From the NCBI GenBank assembly GCA_963751315.1, contig CAVVUH010000038.1:148590-212589 (forward strand): DNA of 64,000 nucleotides. The letters run 5' to 3'. This document shows, in pieces, positions 35,392-47,318 of the stretch. Below the pieces are notes generated by a model. The model saw only the letters and a program-made list of their open reading frames with translations. It had not been told where the DNA came from and did not search any database. Within the stretch, counting starts at the first letter, position 1, and each line of letters opens with the position of its first letter. The position numbers and the translations under genes are program-made. This stretch comes from an uncultured Actinomycetota bacterium. GTDB lineage: Bacteria > Actinomycetota > Actinomycetes > Mycobacteriales > Mycobacteriaceae.

Positions 35392-36867
35392 ATGACCGCA
35401 ACATCCTCCGATACATTCGCGACCCTCACGATCGGCGGCGAGTCGCAGCCCGGTGCCGGCGCGAGCTATCCGGTACACAACCCGGCCCGGCCGGCCGAGG
35501 TCGTCGGGCATGCGCCGTCCGCCGACCTCAACCAACTCGACGCCGCGGTGCAGGCGGCGCGGCGGGCCGCGGCCGGCTGGCGCGCACTCGACGTGGCCGA
35601 GCGGGTCGCCGCCGTCGCGGCGGCCGCCACCGCGGCGGCCGTCCAGCTCGCCGAAAGCGCTGGTCCGCAGCTGTATACCCGCGAGCACGGCAAGGTGCTG
35701 GCCGAGGCGCGCTTCGAAATCGACACCGCGCCGGCGCTGGCCGCGATCCTCGGCGCGATGGCCGAGGAGGCGCTGGCCCCCGAACGAATCGACCCGCAGT
35801 CGGCCTATCCACGGTTGCAGCGCGAACCGTACGGGGTGGCGGCGCTGGTGCTGCCGTTCAACTGGCCGCTGGCGCTCACCATGACCAAGCTGTCGTCGGC
35901 GCTGACCGCCGGCAACACCGCGGTGGTCAAGGTGCCGCCGACCTGTCCGCTGGCGGCCCTGCAGTTCGGCGCGGCGTTCGCCGCGGCGCTGCCAGCCGGT
36001 GTTGTGAACGTGCTCGCGGGGCCCGGCAGCGAACTGGCACGGGCGCTGATCACCCACCCCGGCGTCGACGTCATCTCTTTGACCGGCGGCGTGGCCACTG
36101 GGCGCGCTGTGATGGCGGCGGCGGCTCCGCGGCTGACCCCGGTGTTGTTGGAACTCGGCGGCAACGATCCGGCGATCATCGCTCCCGACATGTCCGTCAC
36201 CGACCAGCTTGTCGAGCAGTTGTTCACCGCGACCTACACCACCTGTGGTCAGGTGTGCATGGCGATCAAGCGGTTGTACGCGCCGGCCGACCGGGTCGAC
36301 GAACTGGCCGATGCCGTGCTGGCGCGCTGCCGGCGCGAGGTAGTCGGCGATGGGCTCGCCGACGAGGTCACCCTTGGGCCAATGCACACCGCCGCCGGAC
36401 GCGACCGGGTGGCGGCGCTGCTCGCCGACGCCGCAGCCCGCGGCGCGACGGTCCGTACCGCCGGCGTCCTGCGTGAGGCCGACGCCGACGCCGGCGGCCA
36501 CTTTGTGCTGCCGACCGTCGTCACCGATCTGGACGCCGACGCACCGCTGGCCACCGAGGAGCAGTTCGGGCCGGTGCTGCCGATCTTCGGCTACCGGGAT
36601 CTGGACGAGGGGGTCACCGCGGCCAACGCAGGCGACTTTGGTCTCACCGCGTCGATCTGGACCGGCGACGACGCGCTGGCCGACCGGGTCGCCGCGCAGC
36701 TGGTCGCCGGCACGGTCAGCGTCAACTGTCACGGCATGGCCGCGCAGGACCCGCGTCTGCCGTTCGGCGGCGTCGGCCAATCGGGTCTCGGCCGCGAACT
36801 CGGGGCCGACGGCATCCGGGCGTTCACCCAGCCGCGGGCGTTCGTTCGGCACCCGGCCCCGCAATAG
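35392..36867 (+). CDS. NAD(P)-dependent aldehyde dehydrogenase
   Basis: ALDH motifs PFNWPL, ELGGNDP and GQVCMAIKRLY (catalytic Cys). GGAGGCAGGAAG precedes the ATG at 35392. Confidence 0.88.
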   Translation: MTATSSDTFATLTIGGESQPGAGASYPVHNPARPAEVVGHAPSADLNQLDAAVQAARRAAAGWRALDVAERVAAVAAAATAAAVQLAESAGPQLYTREHGKVLAEARFEIDTAPALAAILGAMAEEALAPERIDPQSAYPRLQREPYGVAALVLPFNWPLALTMTKLSSALTAGNTAVVKVPPTCPLAALQFGAAFAAALPAGVVNVLAGPGSELARALITHPGVDVISLTGGVATGRAVMAAAAPRLTPVLLELGGNDPAIIAPDMSVTDQLVEQLFTATYTTCGQVCMAIKRLYAPADRVDELADAVLARCRREVVGDGLADEVTLGPMHTAAGRDRVAALLADAAARGATVRTAGVLREADADAGGHFVLPTVVTDLDADAPLATEEQFGPVLPIFGYRDLDEGVTAANAGDFGLTASIWTGDDALADRVAAQLVAGTVSVNCHGMAAQDPRLPFGGVGQSGLGRELGADGIRAFTQPRAFVRHPAPQ

Positions 36868-36938
36868 ATTCGTCGCCGGGCATTGGCCAATTAATCAATC
36901 ATTGCCTAAATAGCGATGTTGGTGTCAGGCTAACCGGC

Positions 36939-38111
36939 ATGACAGACACCGAAGGGTACGTCGACCAGGCGGCGGCGGGTCTCGCGGAGCCGCAGCCGAT
37001 GTACAAGGCGTTGCGTGAGTCGACCCCGGTATTCCGGTCGCCACAGGCGGTCGTGCTCAGCCGGCTGGCCGATATCGAGATGGCGCTCAAGCACACCGAG
37101 TTGTTCTCGTCGAACATGGATGCCGTCGATCTGGGTAACGTGCGGCCGCTGATCCCATTGCAAATCGACCCGCCCGAGCATGCGAAGTACCGCCGCATCC
37201 TCGATCCGCTGTTCACCCCCCGAGAGATGGCCCGGCGTGAACCACGCGTCACCGAGTTGGTGAACGAGATGATCGACCGCTTCGCCGATCGCGGCGAATG
37301 CGACTTCCACGAAGAGTTCGCCGTGCCACTGCCGTGCACGGTGTTTCTGCAGTTGCTCGGCCTGCCGTTGGAAGACCTGGACCAGTTTTTGGAGTGGAAG
37401 GACGGGGTGATCCGCCCGGAGGGCGAATCCGGATACGATCGCCGCCACGAGGCCACGGCACCCGCGGCGCAACAGATCTACGACTACTTCGAGCGCGCCA
37501 TCGACGACCACATCGCCAGCCCACGCGACGATGTGCTGTCCTCGCTGATCGCGGCCAGGGTCGAGGGAGAACCGCTGACGCGCCACGAGATCCTCGACAT
37601 CTGCTTCCTCTTCCTGATCGCCGGGCTGGACACGGTGACCGACTCACTCGACTGCTTCTTCGTGTATCTGGCCCGCCACCCCGACCATCGTCATCAGCTC
37701 GTCGAGCAACCCGACGTCCTGCCCAGTGCCATCGAGGAGTTGTTGCGCTGGGAGACACCGGTGCCCGGCGTCGCACGGGTCGCCATGGACGACGTCGAGG
37801 TGGGCGGCTGCCCGATCAGTAAGGGGGAGCGGGTCAGCCCGCTGCTGGGCGCAGCGAACACCGACCCCGCTGAGTTCCCCGACCCGGAGCTGGTTGACTT
37901 CCGGCGCAACCCGAACCGGCACCGCGCCTTCGGCGGAGGTCCGCACCGCTGCCTGGGTTCGCACCTGGCCCGCATGGAGCTGCGGGTTGCGTTGCGCGAA
38001 TTCCACCGGCGCATACCCGATTACGAGATCAAGCCTGGCACCGAGCTGAGCTATACCGCCGCGCTGAGGTCGGTGGAGTCGCTGCCGTTGACCTTCCCGG
38101 TACCCAAGTGA
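36939..38111 (+). CDS. Cytochrome P450
   Basis: EELLRWETP (ExxR) and heme loop FGGGPHRCLGSHLA. 390 aa. Confidence 0.92.
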   Translation: MTDTEGYVDQAAAGLAEPQPMYKALRESTPVFRSPQAVVLSRLADIEMALKHTELFSSNMDAVDLGNVRPLIPLQIDPPEHAKYRRILDPLFTPREMARREPRVTELVNEMIDRFADRGECDFHEEFAVPLPCTVFLQLLGLPLEDLDQFLEWKDGVIRPEGESGYDRRHEATAPAAQQIYDYFERAIDDHIASPRDDVLSSLIAARVEGEPLTRHEILDICFLFLIAGLDTVTDSLDCFFVYLARHPDHRHQLVEQPDVLPSAIEELLRWETPVPGVARVAMDDVEVGGCPISKGERVSPLLGAANTDPAEFPDPELVDFRRNPNRHRAFGGGPHRCLGSHLARMELRVALREFHRRIPDYEIKPGTELSYTAALRSVESLPLTFPVPK

Positions 38112-38302
38112 CTCGTGTCTGTGTCGACGCAGACCGCTGCGAGGGGCACGGGCGCTGCTACACGTTGGCACCGGACGTCTTTGACGCCGACGAGATTGGG
38201 CATGCCGTCGTTCTCGTCGAGAACGTCTCGGGTGAGCTCGAGGCGCAAGCCACGGACGCGGAGAAGAACTGCCCCGAAGGCGCGATCACGTTGTCGTCGT
38301 GA
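38108..38302 (+). CDS. Small ferredoxin (3Fe-4S type)
   Basis: 64 aa with CVDADRCEGHGRC...NCPEGAI. GTGA overlap with the P450 stop. Confidence 0.85.
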   Translation: MTRVCVDADRCEGHGRCYTLAPDVFDADEIGHAVVLVENVSGELEAQATDAEKNCPEGAITLSS

Positions 38303-38387
38303 CGGCTCCGCCGCAGGCGCCCCGATCCTTGCATTCATTGCATAGATAGCATTGACAGCCGCCGAAAACCGACGATAGTCGTGAGGT

Positions 38388-39578
38388 ATGGCGCTGCTGC
38401 CGGATCCTGCTCCCCGCGAGCGGCAGCACGTGCTGATCTCCGTTGACGACCACGTCATCGAGCCGCCCGACATGTTCGACGGCCGGCTTCCTGCCGCGCT
38501 GGCCGGCCGGGCACCGCGGATCGTGGAGACCGACGACGGCCGGCAGGTGTGGCGCTATGAGGACCGCGACTACCCCAACATCGGGCTCAACGCGGTGGTG
38601 GGGCGGCCGCGCGAGGACTGGAGTATGGAGGCGGCCCGCTTCGACGAGATGCGCCGCGGCTGCTGGGATATCAAGGCCCGGATCGCTGATATGGACCTGG
38701 CCGGGATCTGGGCGTCGCTGAATTTCCCGTCGCTGATCGCCGGGTTCGCCGGCACGGTGTTCTGGAAGAGCGACGACCCGGAGCTGGGACACGCCGTGCT
38801 GCGGGCCTGGAACGATTGGCATCTGGAGGTGTGGGCCGGCAGCTTTCCGGAGCGGATCATCCCGCTGCAGCTGCCGTGGCTGGCGGATCCGCAGCTGGCG
38901 GCCGAAGAGCTGCGTCGTAACGCCGCACGCGGTTTCAAGGCGGTGAGCTTCCCGGAGCTGCCTGCCCAGTGTGGGATTCCCAGTCTGCACAGCGGCGCGT
39001 GGGACCCGTTTTTCGCCGCCTGCGAGGAGACGGAAACCGTCGTGTGCCTGCACACCGGATCGGCCCAATGGGCGCCGATTCCCGCACCGGACACCCCATT
39101 CGAAACCATCACCACGCTGTTCCCGGTCAACGGCCTGGTCGCCTGCGCCGACATGCTGTGGTCGGGCATCCCGGTCCGCTTCCCGCGACTGAACATCACG
39201 CTCGCCGAGGGTGGGCTGGGCTGGGCGGCAATGCTGGCTGATCGGGCGGATTATGTTTTGGCGCATTCTGCTTCGGGCCGGGAGGGCGGATCCTGGAAGG
39301 GCGATCTGCTGCCCAGCGACGTGCTGCAGCGCAACTTCTGGTTCTGCTCGATCGACGACCCGTCGGCGTTCGGCGCGCTGGACGCGATTGGAGCCCAGCG
39401 CATTCTGGTCGAGAGCGACTACCCCCACGCGGACTCGACTTGGCCGGACACGCAAGAGGTCGTGGCGCGCAACGTCGCCCGCCTCTCAGCGGATGACGCC
39501 GCGCGGATCACCCATCGCAACGCGGCGCAGCTGTTCCGCCACCCGCTGCCGGACGAGGGGTGGCTAACCACCGCGTAG
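38388..39578 (+). CDS. Amidohydrolase-2 (ACMSD/LigW-like metal-dependent hydrolase/decarboxylase) family protein
   Basis: VLISVDDHVIEPPDMF, VCLHTGS and ESDYPHADSTWP are typical of the family. Confidence 0.8.
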   Translation: MALLPDPAPRERQHVLISVDDHVIEPPDMFDGRLPAALAGRAPRIVETDDGRQVWRYEDRDYPNIGLNAVVGRPREDWSMEAARFDEMRRGCWDIKARIADMDLAGIWASLNFPSLIAGFAGTVFWKSDDPELGHAVLRAWNDWHLEVWAGSFPERIIPLQLPWLADPQLAAEELRRNAARGFKAVSFPELPAQCGIPSLHSGAWDPFFAACEETETVVCLHTGSAQWAPIPAPDTPFETITTLFPVNGLVACADMLWSGIPVRFPRLNITLAEGGLGWAAMLADRADYVLAHSASGREGGSWKGDLLPSDVLQRNFWFCSIDDPSAFGALDAIGAQRILVESDYPHADSTWPDTQEVVARNVARLSADDAARITHRNAAQLFRHPLPDEGWLTTA

Positions 39579-39587
39579 GAGGCCCTC

Positions 39588-41324
39588 ATGCTCGACCTGC
39601 TCATCCGCGATGCCGAAATCGTTGACGGCACAGGCGCACCGGCCCGCCACGGCGATGTCGGTATCAGCGACGGGCGGATCGCCGCGGTCGGGCCACCCGG
39701 TGAGGTCGACGACCTTGCCGCGAAAACCGTTGATGCCCAAGGGCAGACGCTGGCGCCGGGATTCGTCGACCTACACACCCACTACGACGCGCAACTGTTC
39801 TGGGACCCGACCGCGAGCCCGTCGGTGCAACACGGCGTCACCACCGTCTTCGGTGGCAATTGCGGGTTCACGCTGGCGCCCGTGGCGGCCGACCAACAGG
39901 ACTACCTCACCCGAATGCTCGCGCGGGTCGAGGGCATGCCGCTCGACGCATTGCGGGCCGGGCTGGACTGGAAGTGGGCGTCATTCGGCGACTGGCTTGA
40001 CCGGTTCGACGGCAGCATCGCCGTCAATGCCGGTTTCCTGGTTGGCCATTCGGCGCTTCGGCTTGCGGCGATGGGGGAGGACGCGGTCGGCGGCCAGGCG
40101 ATCCCCGCGCAGGTCGATCGGATGGTCGCGCTGCTGCATGAGGCGTTAGCCTCCGGCGCACTTGGGTTTTCCACATCGCAGTCGCAGACCCACAACGACG
40201 GCTCGGGCCAGCCGGTGCCGTCCCGTAGCGCATCACGCGACGAGCTGCTGGCGCTGGCCAAGGGCGTCCGCGACCATCCGGGCACCACGCTCGAGGCGAT
40301 CATCCCCGGCTGCCTGCAAGGCTTTTCCGACGACGAGATTGCCCTACTCACTGACATGTCGGTGGCGGCCGACCGCCCGCTCAACTGGAACCTGCTCGGC
40401 GTCTCGGCGGCCAACCCGGCCGGGCACCGCGGACAGCTGCGTGCCTCCGAGGTCGCCGCCGAACGCGGCGGCCGGGTCGTCGCGCTCACCCTGCCGCACA
40501 CCATGAAGATCCGGCTCTCGTTCCTCACCGGCTTCGTGCTCGACGGCCTGCCCGGCTGGCGCGACACCATGCACCTGCCGGTGCCCGAGCGGTTGGCCGC
40601 GCTTGCCGATCCGGAAGTACGCCGCCGACTGAACGACGGCGCCCAATCGAAGGACGCCGGCATGCTGCGCGGTCTGGCGAACTGGGAGCGGTTGATCGTC
40701 GTCGAGACCTTCGCCCCGCAGAACGCCGACGCGACCGGTCGCAGTGTCGGGGAGGTCGCCGCCGCTCGCGGTGGGGCGCCGTTCGACACCCTCTTGGACA
40801 TCGTGATCGCCGACGAGCTGCGCACCGGACTGACGCCGGCGCCGTTCGGCGACGACGCCGCCGACTGGCGGCTGCGCGCCGAGGTGTGGCGCTCGCCGCA
40901 CGCGGTCATCGGTGGCTCGGACGCCGGCGCGCACCTCGACATGATGTGCGGGGCCATCTACACCACGTCGCTGCTCGGCCACGGTGTCCGCGAGCATCAG
41001 GTGGTGACGCTCGAGGAAGCGGTCCGGCTGCTCACCGATGTGCCGGCCCGGCTCTACGGGCTGGCCGAACGAGGCCGAATCACGCCGGGCTGGCACGCCG
41101 ACTTGGTGCTGTTCGATCCGGCCACCGTCGACCACGGGCCGGAGCGCACCCGTTACGACTTGCCCGCGGGTGCACCGCGATTGGTCGCCGACGCCTACGG
41201 CATCAGCTCGGTGCTGGTCGGCGGTGTCGAGGTGTGTCGCGACGGCGTCGCCACCGGCGCGCTGCCCGGCACCGTGCTGCGGTCCGGCCGAGACACACAC
41301 ACGGTGTCGGCTGATGCTTCCTGA
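39588..41324 (+). CDS. N-acyl-D-amino-acid deacylase-like amidohydrolase (Amidohydro_3 type)
   Basis: MLDLLIRDAEIVDGTGAP...DVGISDGRIAAVG...APGFVDLHTHYD...GGSDAGAHLD. Confidence 0.82.
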   Translation: MLDLLIRDAEIVDGTGAPARHGDVGISDGRIAAVGPPGEVDDLAAKTVDAQGQTLAPGFVDLHTHYDAQLFWDPTASPSVQHGVTTVFGGNCGFTLAPVAADQQDYLTRMLARVEGMPLDALRAGLDWKWASFGDWLDRFDGSIAVNAGFLVGHSALRLAAMGEDAVGGQAIPAQVDRMVALLHEALASGALGFSTSQSQTHNDGSGQPVPSRSASRDELLALAKGVRDHPGTTLEAIIPGCLQGFSDDEIALLTDMSVAADRPLNWNLLGVSAANPAGHRGQLRASEVAAERGGRVVALTLPHTMKIRLSFLTGFVLDGLPGWRDTMHLPVPERLAALADPEVRRRLNDGAQSKDAGMLRGLANWERLIVVETFAPQNADATGRSVGEVAAARGGAPFDTLLDIVIADELRTGLTPAPFGDDAADWRLRAEVWRSPHAVIGGSDAGAHLDMMCGAIYTTSLLGHGVREHQVVTLEEAVRLLTDVPARLYGLAERGRITPGWHADLVLFDPATVDHGPERTRYDLPAGAPRLVADAYGISSVLVGGVEVCRDGVATGALPGTVLRSGRDTHTVSADAS

Positions 41325-42540
41325 ACCGACTCCGGCTCCCGGCGAATTCGACCCGACCGAACTGCAGGGCGGGCTGCTCATGCAGGTCGAAAACGTGCAC
41401 GAGCGGCTGCGTGAGGCGCGGTCGCGGAACCGGGTGATGGTCGGCAGCCCGTTCACCGAAGTCTCCAGCCAAACCATGGGCGGCGCTGGGGTGACCGTGC
41501 TCGGATACGACGAATGCCAGACCGTGCTCACCCACCCCGACATGTTCTCTTCATCGATCTACGACAAGATCATGGGCCCGGTGATGGGCCGCACGATGCT
41601 CGAACTCGAGGGCGCCGACCACCGGGCCAGTCGGGCCCTGGTGTCTCCGTCGTTCCGCGCCGCGTTGCTGGACCGCTGGCGTAGTGAGTTAGTCGAGCTG
41701 GTGGTTCACGAACTCATCGACAGCTTCGCGCCGCGCGGGCGGGCCGAGCTGACCCGCGATTTCACGTTCGCGTTCCCGGTACAGGTCATCGCGCGGATCA
41801 TGGGTCTGCCGCGGCAGGATTACCCGCGCTTCCAACGGCTTTCGATCGAGTTGCTCAACGTGGTCTACAACTGGGACTGTGGGATTGCCGCGTCCGCGAA
41901 GTTGAAGGCGTACTTCAACGAAATCCTGGCCGAGCGTCGGCGAAATCCGCAGGACGACCTGATCACCATGCTGTCGCAGTCCGAGATCGACGGGATGAAG
42001 CTGACCGACGACGAGATCTTTGCGTTTCTGCTGCTGATCCTGCCCGCCGGAGTGGAGACGACCTACCGCGCGTCGGGCAACCTGCTGGTCGCACTGCTCA
42101 CCGAGCCGGAGCAGCTCGATGCGCTGCGAGGCGACCCTGGTATGGTCCGCGGCGCCTTCGAGGAGGCATTGCGCTGGGAGCCGCCGATCACCACGGTGAT
42201 GCGGGTGGCGGCCCGCGACTGCGAGCTCGGCGGGGTCGCGATTCCAGCCGGAACAAACGTCAGCGTCAGCGTCGCAGCCGCCAACCGGGACCCGAAGCGC
42301 TACCCGGACCCGGATCGCTTCGATCCCACCCGCAAGAACATCGCTCACCTGACGTTCGGCGGCGGCCCGCATCTGTGCCTGGGCATGCATCTGGCGCGGA
42401 TGGAGGCGACGGTCGCGATCAACGCACTGCTGGACCGGCTACCGGATCTACGGTTGGACCCGAGCGTCCCAACCCCGCATATCACCGGCATGGCGTTTCG
42501 ATCCCCGGCGACGCTGCCGGTCGAATTCGGCCGCTGCTGA
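41314..42540 (+). CDS. Cytochrome P450
   Basis: EEALRWEPP (ExxR) and heme loop FGGGPHLCLGMHLA. The ATG at 41314 overlaps the preceding stop by 11 nt. 408 aa. Confidence 0.9.
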   Translation: MLPEPTPAPGEFDPTELQGGLLMQVENVHERLREARSRNRVMVGSPFTEVSSQTMGGAGVTVLGYDECQTVLTHPDMFSSSIYDKIMGPVMGRTMLELEGADHRASRALVSPSFRAALLDRWRSELVELVVHELIDSFAPRGRAELTRDFTFAFPVQVIARIMGLPRQDYPRFQRLSIELLNVVYNWDCGIAASAKLKAYFNEILAERRRNPQDDLITMLSQSEIDGMKLTDDEIFAFLLLILPAGVETTYRASGNLLVALLTEPEQLDALRGDPGMVRGAFEEALRWEPPITTVMRVAARDCELGGVAIPAGTNVSVSVAAANRDPKRYPDPDRFDPTRKNIAHLTFGGGPHLCLGMHLARMEATVAINALLDRLPDLRLDPSVPTPHITGMAFRSPATLPVEFGRC

Positions 42541-42552
42541 GGCTTTCTCGCG

Positions 42553-43734
42553 TTAGGTGAACCACGGCGTGACGGCCCGCGAGATCTCGATATAGACCGG
42601 GATGCCGATCGTGACGTTGTAGGAAAACGTCAAGCCCAGTGACGCGGCCAAGGGCAGCGTCGGGCTCGCCTCGGGGATCGCCAGCCGCTGGACCGCGGGC
42701 ACAGCAATGTATGACGCAGCGCCGCAGAGTATGGCGAACAGGATATACGTCCCCGGCTTGAACGGGGCGTGGGTGAGATGAGCGTAGGCGTGAGCGACGA
42801 TGATCCCGATAGTCGCGAATAGGTTTGGCGCTAATAGACCGAAGGCGATGAATCCGGGGCCGGCGCTTTTCAGGTCCTTCAGTCGGCGGGAGGCCGTCAT
42901 CCCCATCTCGAGCAGGAACAGACAGAGCACGCCCTGGAAGGCGGCCACAAAGACATGGTCGGTGTCGTGCACGACCTTTGGCCCCTGCAATCGACTGACC
43001 AGGCCGATGACGATGCCACCGAAAGAGCAGATAGAGGCCCGGGTTGAGCAAGACCTCTCTGAGCAGCTTGACCGTGCCCACACGCGTCTTTGTGTCATCC
43101 TCATCGGCGGCGTCGTCGGGTTGGTCCTGCCGTTTCAGGGCGAGCTTGGTCTCCTGCGCGAGCCCTAGCCGGCTTGCCGCACCCGGTCCCTCCCTCGCCG
43201 GCTGCTTGTAACCGTGCTCGCCCGGCATGTTCCCCAGCGCGTCCATCCCCTTCTGCCGCAGCCGCGCTGCCAAATACAGCGCCACCAGACAACCGGGCAT
43301 CTCCATTACGGCCAACATCACCGACATGAAACCGTTAAAAGCCATCCCCACAGTCCAAGGACACCCACACAGGTTGCGAATGTGCCTGCCGAGTCCTACC
43401 CGTAATAGCCGGCGACCGTGGCCCGATCGATCCGCCGCATCTTCGTGGTGCGGGTCACTAGCAAGTAGGCGAGAAAACCGATCAGGAAGTTGAGCAGGAA
43501 CCCCAGGACGATGAATCCCATGATGTTGCCGATGCTCGATACGTGGATCGTGGCGAGCTCTTCACCGCCGTGCCACCCGATGGCCAGCAGCAGGTACATC
43601 GTCACGCCCTGACAGAGCACATAGGGAAACTCGAACTGCACCTTGAGAATCGGGATAAAGAAGCCAAGGTAGAAAAACAATAACAGCGGCTTGAAGAGGT
43701 TGTGCCGGAAGTTCTCCCAGAACTCCAGGAGCAT
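42553..43734 (-). pseudogene. SbtA-like (DUF897) sodium-dependent bicarbonate-transporter family permease, with one nonsense codon and two frameshifts
   Basis: The N-terminal 112 aa are intact. TAG at 43396-43398 sits where YG-S-DSAGTF is expected. The frame changes near 43355 and near 43020 (CTCTTTCGGTGG). The three pieces reassemble into one continuous permease. Confidence 0.75.
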
Positions 43735-43858
43735 TGCTCATCTCCCTCGATGGGCGCAGCTTGCTCACGATTCGTGACCGCCGCCGTGCGGGGTTTTGAA
43801 TTCCTTCAGAGCCTAGTCATGGGGCGGCGCTAGGCATACGACCGATCGCACATGGACG

Positions 43859-43891
43859 CTGGGAAAGTACTGGGAAAACGCTGGGAAAGTG
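43859..43891. repeat. 11-bp tandem repeat x3 (CTGGGAAAGTA / CTGGGAAAACG / CTGGGAAAGTG)
   Basis: The CTGGGAAA core occurs at 43859, 43870 and 43881, spaced exactly 11 bp apart. It lies between the stop of the 70-aa ORF (43901) and the permease start (43734). Confidence 0.85.
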
Positions 43892-43900
43892 AACGGCTTA

Positions 43901-44113
43901 TTACTTCTTGTTGCCAACCAGTGAAGGCCGCACTACGGCCTCCTTGATGCGATGTGTCACCGACGCCCACGCCGACGGCGAATAGTGCGTCGTGACTTCC
44001 TCGAACCCGTCGATGCGGGAAACACTGAGCACGCCAGTCTCTTGATTGATGGTGAGCTTGTCGCCGTCCAGTGCGTGGACCTCTTCTCCGTCAAGGAGTC
44101 GGATGATGAACAC
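43901..44113 (-). CDS. Hypothetical 70-aa protein
   Basis: MFIIRLLDGEEVHALDGDKLTINQETGVLSVSRIDGFEEV... is not Arg/Pro-rich, unlike the antisense artefacts. I recognise no family. Confidence 0.4.
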   Translation of the reverse strand: MFIIRLLDGEEVHALDGDKLTINQETGVLSVSRIDGFEEVTTHYSPSAWASVTHRIKEAVVRPSLVGNKK

Positions 44114-44426
44114 GATGCTGTCCTCTCGTCAGAGTGCGGCCTCGCACGATCGTACGGTCGGACCGCTGCTGGACCTGTTCCATTGTGGGACTGAGACGTG
44201 AACGGTTCGAAAACCTGCAATGACAACTAATCAGACGCTGCGTCCGTCGGCTCGCGGAGGCTGCGAGGTCGGGCCGCCGTCGGCTATCGAGTTCGGTGCT
44301 CAGCCCGTGCTCAAGCCGCATGGACCGCGAGAACCCGTGGCTAAAGTCAGGCTTACTAAAAGTGCTGGTGGGCAGGCATACGGAGGCAAAAGTAGGTCAT
44401 TCGCGGACGGACCGCCCCGCAGGTTC

Positions 44427-46523
<2,097 letters not shown>

Positions 46524-46589
46524 AGGATAATTCGCGTACCTGTTACTGGTCCGCCGCCAGCTTATTTGGTTGGCGACCAGGCGTTTGTC

Positions 46590-47318
46590 TTACCCGCGTT
46601 TGGCCCGCAGCCACTGGAGAGTGCCGAAGTTGTTGGTCCGCACGCTGGTGAACCCATGGTCTTCGAGGATGTCGCCAATTTCATCTTCGCCGAACAGATG
46701 TGCCCCGACTTTTGGCAGCAACCGCCAAACCCGGGCGGCCCACCCGGCGGTCGGAACCATCGCGGCCAGCCGTCCGCCCGCTCGCAGCACCCGCGCCATC
46801 TCAGCCAGCGCCGCCGCTGGATCCGGGACCAGCTGCAGCACGGCAATCGAGACCACTGCGTCGACCGTTCCGTCGCGCAGCGGCAGCTGTTGTGCATCGG
46901 CCCGCAGAAAGCCGATCTGTGGTCCCGCTTCGGCGCGCACCGCGCGGGCCAGCATCGCCTCGGAGATGTCGAGGCCCAGGGTCAGCGCGCCCGGGCCGGC
47001 GGCACGCGCCAGCGACGCGGTGACGGTACCAGGGCCGCAGCCGACGTCCAGCGCGATCCCGCCGGCCGGGATGTTCAACCACTCCGTGGGCTGTTGGAGG
47101 GCGCTGAACAGCCTCCGCATCCGGGCTTGCACGTTGTCGTAGACCGCGGACCCGATGGGCGAGGCAAACACCGCCTCAACCCGAGGGGTCCCTGTCGGCA
47201 AACCGGCGTCCAGCAGATCGAGATAGCCGTTGCTGACCTCCGGTTTGGTCGGTGGATCGGCGAGTAGCTCCAACGCCCTGCGCAGCGCGGGCGGCAACGT
47301 GGTATTCCGATCGTTCAT
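46590..47318 (-). CDS. Class I SAM-dependent methyltransferase (small-molecule type)
   Basis: Motif I LDVGCGPG, post-I LGLDIS and motif II/III region DAVVSIAVLQLV...VLRAGGRL. The ATG at 47318 lies 6 nt after AAGGA. Confidence 0.85.
   Translation of the reverse strand: MNDRNTTLPPALRRALELLADPPTKPEVSNGYLDLLDAGLPTGTPRVEAVFASPIGSAVYDNVQARMRRLFSALQQPTEWLNIPAGGIALDVGCGPGTVTASLARAAGPGALTLGLDISEAMLARAVRAEAGPQIGFLRADAQQLPLRDGTVDAVVSIAVLQLVPDPAAALAEMARVLRAGGRLAAMVPTAGWAARVWRLLPKVGAHLFGEDEIGDILEDHGFTSVRTNNFGTLQWLRAKRG

Noticed and set aside
34228-36864. 878-aa minus-strand ORF that could be read as one giant protein
   Set aside because: Only the C-terminal 362 aa (from the GTG at 35316) are a Zn-ADH. 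The N-terminal roughly 500 aa are Arg/Gly/Pro-rich and run antisense to a well-supported ALDH gene, which is the typical high-GC shadow ORF.
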